Positions 55,723 through 64,000 of a stretch of 64,000 bases of DNA are shown piece by piece (the first letter of the stretch is position 1; every line of letters starts with the position of its first letter). Below the pieces are notes generated by a model. The model saw nothing but the letters and a program-made list of their open reading frames with translations, had not been told where the DNA came from and did not search any database. The stretch is taken from the NCBI GenBank assembly GCA_963674865.2, contig CAXXYE010000009.1, forward strand, positions 896,001 through 960,000, in the 5' to 3' direction. Source of the DNA: Candidatus Hydrogenedentota bacterium (GTDB lineage: Bacteria > Hydrogenedentota > Hydrogenedentia > Hydrogenedentales > SLHB01). The translations under genes and the position numbers were made by a program.

Positions 55723-56889
55723 TCAGTTGTGAGCGTCTGACGAGGAGGCTTCACCGCTGAGGTCGGCGGCGTCAATGTCGCCGCGATCTGGCGAAACGCT
55801 CGGTGTGAGGAGGCCCGGTTCTCCCGTCTTCGCATCTTCCTCGGCGCCCGCTGACTCATCCGAAACTCTCGTGTACCTATCCTGCGGGATACTCAGTTCT
55901 TCGCGATTGATAGGACGAAGCACCCAATCCCTGAAATACCTTACCTCAACCGTGCACGGCCCGTCTGGTTTCACAGAGAACTCCGCATAGATCTTGGGCA
56001 AGAAGACGGAGGCCGTCGCGGGCGTGAAACCGAGCCACTGCATTTCGCGGACGACCTTGGCCTCATGCTTGTAGGACGCTCGCACAAGACTCGCGTGCTT
56101 CGCGGAGAACACTTGCTCAACCATGTTCCCAGTGTGCCGGTTGCGCAGCCCATAGAGGTACAAATCATCGTCAAGTCGTTCGTAGATCAACTCCTGATCC
56201 GCTCTCACGAGGTTCTCGTGCGGAATCTGATCCCATCGAAGGAAGGAAGGGTCAAGCGCGGCAAGGCGATAGTGATCAGTAAGTCCGCCGGGAGTGGCCA
56301 CACGCAAGGTGCTGTTCGATACGCTGTACTGACGGGTTCCATCATTGGCAATGTCCGTAGGCAGATAGTCGCCCTTAATGTGTGTCCTTTCATCAGCCGA
56401 TAATTCCTTGAGAGTCCACTTATTGGCCTCATCGCGGGAGCGTCGGATGGTGTAAATGAGACTGTCTCGCGCGACGTTCTGCGACAACCGAAAAGAGTCT
56501 TTATCGTACACCATTGACACCGAGCGCTGGATAAGCGGAAGCCACCTCTCCTTGACAAAGCGATCGGATACGAAGACCGCTTCATCGGACGAGGAGGCCG
56601 ATGAGTCTCGGTTGCGAATGGCCGACAGCGCCTGTTGAAAGGCCTCATAGGCCGCATCATGATTGGGATCAGCCGGTGTGCCTGGAAACGCAAATGTCGA
56701 GAAAGTGGCCTCAAACTCCCCTGCGGAGGCGGCCTGGCTTCGCGTGCCGACAAGATTGAGCAGATCTGTCAGAGGAAGTTGCTCGGGCGATGCACAAAGA
56801 CATGCGAAGAGGACAATAGGGACAATAACCATAGCAGTACGCAGCCTCCATTTTTTCTCCAGTGCCGAATCACAGGCCGGACATTTCAT
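55723..56889 (-). CDS. Hypothetical exported protein
   Basis: Long ORF with a hydrophobic N-terminal segment; start uncertain (56832-56898). Confidence 0.55.
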   Translation of the reverse strand: MKCPACDSALEKKWRLRTAMVIVPIVLFACLCASPEQLPLTDLLNLVGTRSQAASAGEFEATFSTFAFPGTPADPNHDAAYEAFQQALSAIRNRDSSASSSDEAVFVSDRFVKERWLPLIQRSVSMVYDKDSFRLSQNVARDSLIYTIRRSRDEANKWTLKELSADERTHIKGDYLPTDIANDGTRQYSVSNSTLRVATPGGLTDHYRLAALDPSFLRWDQIPHENLVRADQELIYERLDDDLYLYGLRNRHTGNMVEQVFSAKHASLVRASYKHEAKVVREMQWLGFTPATASVFLPKIYAEFSVKPDGPCTVEVRYFRDWVLRPINREELSIPQDRYTRVSDESAGAEEDAKTGEPGLLTPSVSPDRGDIDAADLSGEASSSDAHN

Positions 56890-57024
56890 TCCTCCCACCC
56901 CCGTCGTCGCCGGCCCAATCGGAAGGCGCGGCGAGTGCCTGAGTGTCTCACAGGGAAATACACCAGGCTGTCCAGTCTATTCGCTCCGCGCGCCGCCCGC
57001 CCTCGATGCGTCCGCCCCAGCCCC

Positions 57025-57549
57025 CTACGCGTCGTCGCCCGCGGCGAGGTATTCGCTCAATGCGCCGCTCGTGCGGCGGAGCCGCTCGGTGATCATGCGG
57101 GCGATCTTCCTGAGGAGCGCGATGGCGCATTGCGGCCGCTCCTCGGCGAGGCCGGCGAAGTTCTGTTCCGTCATCACGAGCAGCAAGGCCTTGCTGTGCG
57201 CTATGACGGACGCCGACCTCGGCTGCGTGTCGATGAGAGCCATCTCGCCGAAGGTTTTGCCGGGGCCGAGTCGTGCCAGAGGCGCCGCGCCGGGACAGGA
57301 CATGTCCTTGGCCACGTCCACCTCGCCGTGGGCGATGATACACATGTAGGCGCCCTGATCGCCCTCCCTGAAAATCACGGCCCCCGGCTGGACTTCGTAG
57401 GCGTGCATGAATCTGGCCAGGCACTGAATCTGTCGCCACGAGAAGTCACTCGCCCATTGCGTCTTCTCAAGGATTTCGCTCTGCTGGGCCGCCGAGTACT
57501 CGGCCTTCTTGGCTCCCAGGATATTACTCAGAGGTCCCGTGTCGGACAT
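57025..57549 (-). CDS. Stand-alone cyclic nucleotide-binding domain protein
   Basis: IFREGDQG, GEVDV, FGEMALID..PRSASV; no HTH. Confidence 0.88.
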   Translation of the reverse strand: MSDTGPLSNILGAKKAEYSAAQQSEILEKTQWASDFSWRQIQCLARFMHAYEVQPGAVIFREGDQGAYMCIIAHGEVDVAKDMSCPGAAPLARLGPGKTFGEMALIDTQPRSASVIAHSKALLLVMTEQNFAGLAEERPQCAIALLRKIARMITERLRRTSGALSEYLAAGDDA

Positions 57550-57577
57550 ATCAGTTTGCCCCTCCCAGTGTCAGCTG

Positions 57578-60073
57578 TCAGCCGGCGTCGGACACCGGCC
57601 GCTCCAGCATATCCACCTCGGCAAGCGTCTGCTCCGCCGGCCGCAAGCGGAGCGACTTCACCTCGAAGCCGCCCAGCGCCACCTCTTGCTCGAAGCCAAG
57701 TGCGGGAATCGAGAGCGTGGTGGTTAGTGGACTGCCCGTCGGCTCATAGAGTCGTATGATGTAACCCTCGCCGTCTTCGGCCTGCTTGAAGGCGGAGAGT
57801 TGCACCACGTCATCGTCGAGCATGAGCCCCGGCTTCGGCGCTTCTCCCGAGCCGTCCGGAAAGAACGACAGCGCGAAGGGCTTCTCATTGCGAACCAACG
57901 CCTCCCGCTCGATTTTCGCCAGCCGCTCATCGCTCGGCCCGGCATTGAGCCAGAAGCGGAACACACGCTCGCCCTGATCGATCCGCGGGCGGAAGCGATC
58001 CTGCGGGACAATCGGCCGCTTCCCGATGGGATGGCCTGAATACGCCGGTGAGCGCACAAGGGAAAGGCGGAGTTCGCCTTCCGCGCAGTCGGCGCCGTAG
58101 GTACCATCGTTGATGCAGGTGAGGCCCCGGGCGTCCTGCTCCGATACCACCGCCATCCATTTCTGCGCGGCGGCCTCGCGGCCCGTCGTCGGAAAGTCCT
58201 GGACGCCGAAGGCCGTCTGTCCCAGGAACCGGGCATCGGCCAGCGTGGTGGGCACGGACAGCTTCAGCATCCGGCTCTTCTCGCTCCAGAATACCCGGAT
58301 CTCGATCTCCAGCTCGCTCCCCTGCTTCGGAATCCCGTAGCGCACCACGGCAAACGAGTCCGCGTAGCGGAATACCGATTCGATAACCGCCCTTACGGCG
58401 CCGTCCTCGATCACACGAACCGAATCGATCGCCCCCCGGGAGACGCCCGAAAAGCGCGTGCCCTCTTCCGGCGGCATCAGCTCGAATCCGCCGACAGCAT
58501 CGCGGAAACTCTGCACCAGCATGCCCCAGGGATCTTCATTGTCATCTATCACGAGCAACCGGAATGCGCCGTGTTTGAGATAGTCAACGCCATCCACGGC
58601 GTAGCGTTCGATGAGTCCGGTTGCGGTGCTAATCTGTACTTCGATGTCGTCGGTCTTCACGGCCAGCAAGCCGTTTTCGGGCCGCAAGGCCGGCTTCGGC
58701 CGCTCAGGCAGCACCTCGAGCGTGCAATCGAAGCGATTCATGCTGCTCGGGGCCAAGTCGGCGAGAAAGACGGGCCGCTTGCGCCAATCGAGATTCAGAT
58801 TGCCGTGTTCCCGCTCCGTCTGACACGGTATCGGCTGCCCCGCCTGGTGGACAATGGGCGCCGTGAACTGCTCCTCCCAGTTAGCGTCGGCGATCTGGAA
58901 CTCGCACGCCACGACGGTGCGCACGGGGAAGGGGTGCGGATTGTACACGAAGATGGGAATCGTGCCCTCGTCCGCCTTGGCCTGTCCGGAGGCCAGGGCG
59001 AAGAAGGTGCGTGCGCGCCGGCGCGACACGACTTCAAGGCCGTGATCAAGTAGGCGCAACGCCGCCTCCTCGACGGGCTGAACCGATGAGCCGGGCAGAA
59101 TATCGTGAAACTCGGCAAGCATGAGGTCGCTCAATGCCTCGCTGAGCACTTCACGAGGATAGGGAACAAGGCCCTGGATGGCCGCGTTGGCCGCCATCTT
59201 CTCGAGGGCATAGATGCCGTTCTCAAGTTCGCGGTGCTTCTGCTTGATCCGAACCTGCGAGGTGTAGCATCCCACGCCCCAGGGGTTGATATCGCCCTCA
59301 TGGCGCGGCAGCTCCGCCCCGCTCGCGCGCAACTCCTCGAAGTATCGCTCGGGCGTGGAGTGAATGATCGCCGCGTCCTCCCGCGATTGCGTCAGTTCCC
59401 GCAGCCTGTCGAGATCCTTCCGGGAAGGCCCGCCTCCGTGATTTCCCACGCCCCACAGGACGAGGCCCACCTCCTTCTCGCCGTGCTCGCGCAGGTAGTC
59501 CTCGACCTTCTCGCCCGCCTTGCCGCGGGGACAGCAGTACCAGCCCTGAGTGCGGTGTCCCGTCACCTCCGAGCCGTCGAATCCTACCCATGTGAAATCC
59601 GGCCCGGGCAGCAGGCAATCGCGTTCTCCCGGCCGGCAGAAGAGGTAAGCGTCGTAGCCGCTCTTCTTGAGGATCTGAACGAGGCCCCGGCTGTGCCCGA
59701 AGGGATCGAAATTGATGGCCGTCGTCGGCTCGACGCCGAAGCGCTTGCGGAAATATGTCTTCCCCAGCAGGATCTGCCGGACGAATGACTCGCCGCTCGG
59801 CATATTGCAATCAGGCTGCAAATACCACCCGCCCATGATGTGCCATTTGCCTGCGCGCACCAGTCCCTGGATGCGCTTGAAAAGGGCGGGGTCGTACTCC
59901 TCGACCCATTGATAGAGCACGACCTCGTTATGGTTGAAGATGAAGCCGTCATAGGCCTCGCACAAATCCGCCGCCGTCCGAAAGGTCGAGATGGCCTCGG
60001 CGGCGCCTTCTTCCCATTCCCAAAGCCACACCGGGTCGAGGTGGGCGTTACAGATCAGGTGCACCTTCTTCAT
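57578..60073 (-). CDS. Alpha-mannosidase (GH38)
   Basis: NAHLDPVWLW, PDCNMPSGES, DPFGHS, GVGNHGGGP, FHDILPGSS; start may instead be 60085. Confidence 0.94.
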   Translation of the reverse strand: MKKVHLICNAHLDPVWLWEWEEGAAEAISTFRTAADLCEAYDGFIFNHNEVVLYQWVEEYDPALFKRIQGLVRAGKWHIMGGWYLQPDCNMPSGESFVRQILLGKTYFRKRFGVEPTTAINFDPFGHSRGLVQILKKSGYDAYLFCRPGERDCLLPGPDFTWVGFDGSEVTGHRTQGWYCCPRGKAGEKVEDYLREHGEKEVGLVLWGVGNHGGGPSRKDLDRLRELTQSREDAAIIHSTPERYFEELRASGAELPRHEGDINPWGVGCYTSQVRIKQKHRELENGIYALEKMAANAAIQGLVPYPREVLSEALSDLMLAEFHDILPGSSVQPVEEAALRLLDHGLEVVSRRRARTFFALASGQAKADEGTIPIFVYNPHPFPVRTVVACEFQIADANWEEQFTAPIVHQAGQPIPCQTEREHGNLNLDWRKRPVFLADLAPSSMNRFDCTLEVLPERPKPALRPENGLLAVKTDDIEVQISTATGLIERYAVDGVDYLKHGAFRLLVIDDNEDPWGMLVQSFRDAVGGFELMPPEEGTRFSGVSRGAIDSVRVIEDGAVRAVIESVFRYADSFAVVRYGIPKQGSELEIEIRVFWSEKSRMLKLSVPTTLADARFLGQTAFGVQDFPTTGREAAAQKWMAVVSEQDARGLTCINDGTYGADCAEGELRLSLVRSPAYSGHPIGKRPIVPQDRFRPRIDQGERVFRFWLNAGPSDERLAKIEREALVRNEKPFALSFFPDGSGEAPKPGLMLDDDVVQLSAFKQAEDGEGYIIRLYEPTGSPLTTTLSIPALGFEQEVALGGFEVKSLRLRPAEQTLAEVDMLERPVSDAG

Positions 60074-60133
60074 TGTGCTCTCCATGCATTGTCGGTATGA
60101 CTGACGCTGATGGCGTCATATCTTCGAAGGCCA

Positions 60134-60186
60134 GGGACAGACACGTCTTCGTCCGCCTGCGGCGAACTCCGCTTGCGTCAGTCCCC
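60134..60186 (-). repeat. REP-like palindromic element, family copy 3
   Basis: Reverse complement GGGGACTGACGCAAGCGGAGTTCGCCGCAGGCGGACGAAGACGTGTCTGTCCC aligns to 37121-37172. Confidence 0.7.
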
Positions 60187-60203
60187 GTTTTGCGCTTCTA
60201 CGG

Positions 60204-61328
60204 CTACAGTTGCTTCGCGTTTCGCTCCTTGAGGGCACTGACAACACGCCGGACATCCTGCGCCCGATCTTTCGGGATCACGAGCACTGCGTCCTCGGTG
60301 ACCACCACGGCGAGGTCACGCGCCCCGACGACGCCCACCGCCATCCGCTCGGCCCCGGCGTCGTTGTACACGATGCAGTCTTCGCAGTCCACGAGAATCG
60401 GAGCGCCCGCGGCCACATTGCCTTGATCGTCCTGCGGATGCGTCCGATCCAGCACCGGCCACGCGCCGGCGTCGTCCCAGGGGAAATCCGCCCGGGCCAC
60501 CACGACGTGCCGGGCCTTCTCCATGAGGCAGTAGTCGATGGATACGTTCTCGAGCGCCTCGAATATCTCGCCCACGCGGCCCGTATCGCCGGCCCGCATC
60601 GCCTCCGCCATGGCCTGTGTCGCCTCGGCGAGGCCGGGAGTTGCGTGACTCAACTCGTCCAGGAACGTGTCAAGCCGCCAGAAAAACATGCCCGAATTCC
60701 AGAAGTAATGGCCGGAACCGACGAATTCCTCGGCCAGGTCGGGATGAGGCTTCTCGCGAAACGCGGCCACTCTGTACACGGGCACCGTCTGTGCGTCGGT
60801 GGCCGTCCGGATATCCGCCTCCACCTCGATATAGCCGTATCCCGTTTCCGGACGCGTCGGTACCACGCCGAGCGTGGCCAACGCTCCTTGTTCCTCCGCG
60901 GCCGTCAGGGCCGCCTCTACAGCCCGTTGAAACGCGGGAGGATCGCCGATGATGTGATCCGCCGTCGTGACGGCCATCGACACCTTGGCGGGATCCGCCT
61001 CCACCGTCGCGAGCACGTGCGCGGCCGCGTACGCCAGGCAACCGGAGGTGTTGCGCTTGCACGGCTCGGCGATCACGTTGGCATCCGGCACACCGACACC
61101 CGTGGCGCGGATGGGCGCCACGAGATGCTCTCCCGTGGCAACAAAGACGCGTTCGGGCGGCACCACCGGGCGAATGCGCTCGACGGCCTCGTGGAGCATC
61201 GTGGTGGCCGGATCCGTCAGCCGCAGCAACTGCTTGGGGCGGAGTCGGCGGGAAACAGGCCAGAACCGCTCACCGGAGCCTCCCGCCATGATCACCGCAA
61301 CTCGCGTCGTGTCGGAACGCGACGTCAT
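60204..61328 (-). CDS. manC: Mannose-1-phosphate guanylyltransferase
   Basis: IMAGGSGERFWPVSR..PKQ, EPCKRNT, ADH, PETGYGYI, FREKP, WNSGMF, SIDY..MEK. Confidence 0.94.
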   Translation of the reverse strand: MTSRSDTTRVAVIMAGGSGERFWPVSRRLRPKQLLRLTDPATTMLHEAVERIRPVVPPERVFVATGEHLVAPIRATGVGVPDANVIAEPCKRNTSGCLAYAAAHVLATVEADPAKVSMAVTTADHIIGDPPAFQRAVEAALTAAEEQGALATLGVVPTRPETGYGYIEVEADIRTATDAQTVPVYRVAAFREKPHPDLAEEFVGSGHYFWNSGMFFWRLDTFLDELSHATPGLAEATQAMAEAMRAGDTGRVGEIFEALENVSIDYCLMEKARHVVVARADFPWDDAGAWPVLDRTHPQDDQGNVAAGAPILVDCEDCIVYNDAGAERMAVGVVGARDLAVVVTEDAVLVIPKDRAQDVRRVVSALKERNAKQL

Positions 61329-61647
61329 GCTTCTTCCTCCTTGGCGCTACACTGGACTTGCCTCTCGTGCGATGCCAGGGCCGCGGGCGAAAACTCGCCC
61401 GCCAACCGTACCGAGAATACCACATCAACCGGGGGCAAGATGAAGTGCGGGAACCCCTCTGGATCGCGGCTAAAACCTTCCTTCGCGAGGTAATGCGCTC
61501 GCCGTATGTGCATTTGCTTCAGCGATTTCTCAGGTTTCAAAGTGACTGTAGACAGGGAGGTTAGTTAGTGCTTGCGTCGGCGGCACGCTCTGACTGGCCC
61601 CGGCTCTCTTCGGCCTTGTCCATTGGGAATTCTTGCCGATCAAGGTG

Positions 61648-61676
61648 TTGACGGCCCGAAGGGCCGGGCGTAGACT
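61648..61676 (+). promoter_or_regulatory. Putative sigma70 promoter
   Basis: TTGACG-17 nt-TAGACT upstream of 61731. Confidence 0.55.
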
Positions 61677-61730
61677 GCGCACAGAGGATGTCGGGCAACC
61701 GGCGTCCCAAACGCGATGGAGGGAAGGGCC

Positions 61731-62300
61731 ATGTCTTGGCGAAAACGCTCCTCTTTCATAATACTGGGCATTTGCCTGGGAGTTGTGTGCTTCGTCGCCG
61801 GCTACCAGACTGCTATGCGCAAAGCAGCTTCGTCGATGCAGAAATCCATGGAAAGGGCTGCGCACAGCCAGGCGACTCTGTCCCGCGTTAGACAACACGA
61901 ACCTGGTGCCGTCCTACTAGAGTTCGATAAGCCAATTCAGATCAATGCAGCATCTGTCCCTGTCAAGTACCGGGACCAGGACCTCTCAGTTGTGCGTATC
62001 GGCGCAGGTGTATTCCGCTTGGGCAGAGATTTCGCACTGACAGGCAGGCTCAGCGCTTCGGTAGCGCCCTGTGAGTCTGGCAACTACCTGATCTGCGCCC
62101 GCGTCTTTGACGCAAGGGGGGCGATGCTCGGTGCTGCCTCACAGGAGGTACCTGTTGAGCTTGAGATAGTCAGCGGCGTAACGGTTACGGACTTCCCGGA
62201 CATTCAACTCGACTTTGGTCGTTCGAAGGACTTCAGCCGCGCTGCATTCCTAGCGGTGTCCATTGACAGACAGAGCAGCGCATCACCTACTGCAACGTGA
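61731..62300 (+). CDS. Hypothetical membrane-anchored protein
   Basis: GGAGGG RBS, N-terminal TM helix, beta-rich C-terminal region. Confidence 0.6.
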   Translation: MSWRKRSSFIILGICLGVVCFVAGYQTAMRKAASSMQKSMERAAHSQATLSRVRQHEPGAVLLEFDKPIQINAASVPVKYRDQDLSVVRIGAGVFRLGRDFALTGRLSASVAPCESGNYLICARVFDARGAMLGAASQEVPVELEIVSGVTVTDFPDIQLDFGRSKDFSRAAFLAVSIDRQSSASPTAT

Positions 62301-62740
62301 CTCGGCCGAAACGAACACGTTCGTGAGCGACTCACCAAATGGACAAGCTCGGCCATTAGGTTTCGCGCGTGTGATTCTCGTGCCGTCTCCTGATATGGTT
62401 GTGGGAGAAACGGTTCGCCGCAAAGTGAGTCCGGCCGTGCGTTCGGGGCCGCAAACCAGAGGGAGGCAAATGCCGTGAGTTTTCTTGAGAGCATCTTAGG
62501 TTGGTTCAGCTACCTGACATTTATGTTCAATCGAGGCTTCTTCCTCCGCATCAACTTCGACTGGATTATCGATCAGTTGACTGGCGACCTCGGGCCGTGA
62601 GCCCCCGCCGGATATCGAGCTAGTCACGAAGTAAGCAGCGCCCGGACAAGGCCGAAGAGCACCACCGCGGCAGTGAGGGCGCCGGCGCAGAGGAAGATGA
62701 AGCGGGCTGTTCGCGTTTGGCGCATTCCGGTTGTTTCCTC

Positions 62741-64000
62741 TCAAATAAGAAAGCGCTCTGCGTGTATCCTGCGATCGGGGACGCCGCGCGCGCGCAGCGC
62801 TTGGAAAACCTTGTGCATCATCGGGGGCGGGCCGCATACGTAGATGTCGGCCTCGGACAGGAATTCGCGCGCATACCTTTCGATGAGTTCGCGCGTGATG
62901 TAGCCACGCTCGCCCGGCCACGCATCATCGGCCTCGCTGAGGACATGGACGACTTCCACGTGCTTCGGCGAGAGAGCGAGTTCGCGGCGGAACACGATAT
63001 CATCCTCCGCGCGGTTCCCGTAAAGGCAGAGGACGGGCCGTGTATCGCCGGTGTCGTGGAGGTACCGAAGCATGCTGTAAATGGGCGTGATGCCGACGCC
63101 GCCCGCGATGAAGATGAACCGGCGGGCGCCATGATGTACGCAGGAGAAGCGCCCGTAGGGGGCGTCGATCAGCGCCATATCGCCTGGCTTGACGCGTTCG
63201 ATCTCGCTGGTGAAGTCGCCTGACTTCTTGATTGTGGCCTCGATTACGTCTTTCTGCGTAGGCGGCGATGAAATGGTAAAAGGGTGTTCCTCCCGATGAC
63301 GTCCCTCGGGGCGCAGTGTAAGAAACATGAACTGCCCGGGGCGATGGCGTGGGGGAGAGCCGGCTTCAGGCTTCAGCGTGAGCGTGAACGTGTTGCCTGT
63401 GCGCGGCGTCACGGCAACAACCTGACAGCGGCGCCGTCGAAAAGGAAGCACCAGGTTCCGATAGGCGAAGAAGCAGGCCGCGAGAACGAGCAGGAGCCAC
63501 CAGCAAATGCGGGGCGCAATGGGCCGAAGGTCGGCGCCTGCTGTGAGGCCGTGCAGGAAGCCCGCAGCGACGATCAGGATCATGCCTTTATGGAGCAGCC
63601 GCCACACCTGGTAATCGAGGTGAAGGCGCCGGAAGTACAGCGCGCTCAGAGTGCCCACCACGAGGCCCGCGAGAGCGATCTTACCGAGCACAATAGGCCA
63701 CGGCGTCTGAAAAGAGAATAGCCACGCGCTCCGGCGGCCCCAGGCAAGCAGGATGGGATGAAGAACCAGGAGTCCCATGGCGAAGACGCCCATGGCCCTG
63801 TGCACCTGCATGAGTACATCGAGTCCGAAGGGCCTTTCGACAGCCTTGGCTCGTGCGCTGAGCGCGACTTGGAGCGCAAGCAGGGCGAATCCGCAGAGTC
63901 CTGCCGCCTTCCCGGCTTCCTGCAGCACGCTTTGGCTGCCCGCGGGCCGGACAGCCAGGACGAACGCCAAAGGCGCCACGGCCAGGAGCGCATAGGCAGC
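62741..64000 (-). CDS. Ferric reductase-like transmembrane / FAD-NAD(P)-binding oxidoreductase (5' end outside the window)
   Basis: His-containing TM helices, PGQFMFL, HPFTISS, FIAGGVGITP, YVCGPPPMM; frame open to the window edge. Confidence 0.9.
   Translation of the reverse strand, partial: AAYALLAVAPLAFVLAVRPAGSQSVLQEAGKAAGLCGFALLALQVALSARAKAVERPFGLDVLMQVHRAMGVFAMGLLVLHPILLAWGRRSAWLFSFQTPWPIVLGKIALAGLVVGTLSALYFRRLHLDYQVWRLLHKGMILIVAAGFLHGLTAGADLRPIAPRICWWLLLVLAACFFAYRNLVLPFRRRRCQVVAVTPRTGNTFTLTLKPEAGSPPRHRPGQFMFLTLRPEGRHREEHPFTISSPPTQKDVIEATIKKSGDFTSEIERVKPGDMALIDAPYGRFSCVHHGARRFIFIAGGVGITPIYSMLRYLHDTGDTRPVLCLYGNRAEDDIVFRRELALSPKHVEVVHVLSEADDAWPGERGYITRELIERYAREFLSEADIYVCGPPPMMHKVFQALRARGVPDRRIHAERFLI

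Noticed and set aside
61325..61540. 71-aa ORF overlapping the manC start
   Set aside because: No RBS or recognisable motif; likely incidental
48221..61559. Shared 12-mer GTAGACAGGGAG at 48221 and 61548 in divergent intergenic regions
   Set aside because: Only two copies, non-palindromic, and the putative ECF -35 spacing is inconsistent; cannot be distinguished from chance

Overview
GC-rich bacterial chromosomal window; the GCP lipoboxes and PKD/LRR/FGE-rich surface proteins suggest Candidatus Hydrogenedentota or a similar PVC-like diderm (inference only). Housekeeping and catabolic genes include nqrF-apbE-nqrM, ilvBN with a clear Val-rich leader-peptide attenuator, purF, trmO/tsaA, crcB, manC, two sulfatases and GH29, GH36 and GH38 glycosidases. 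Accessory blocks are: (i) two head-to-head paralogous giant PKD-repeat lipoproteins with mirrored promoters; (ii) a Ser/Thr kinase cluster of one FHA-kinase and two tandem kinase-TM-LRR receptor-like kinases whose LRR blocks have diverged; (iii) a co-oriented island of about 9 kb (39.0-48.0 kb) punctuated by degenerate attC-like sites with no integrase (CALIN-like), whose last cassette encodes a 699-aa UG/Abi-type reverse transcriptase with a helical region and a C-terminal HEPN-like RxxxxxxH motif, the best candidate here for an undescribed antiphage system; (iv) relics of mobile DNA, namely an iteron/origin-like AT-rich element, REP-like repeats and a truncated IS200/RAYT-type tnpA. All calls come from reading the sequence; no database searches were run.
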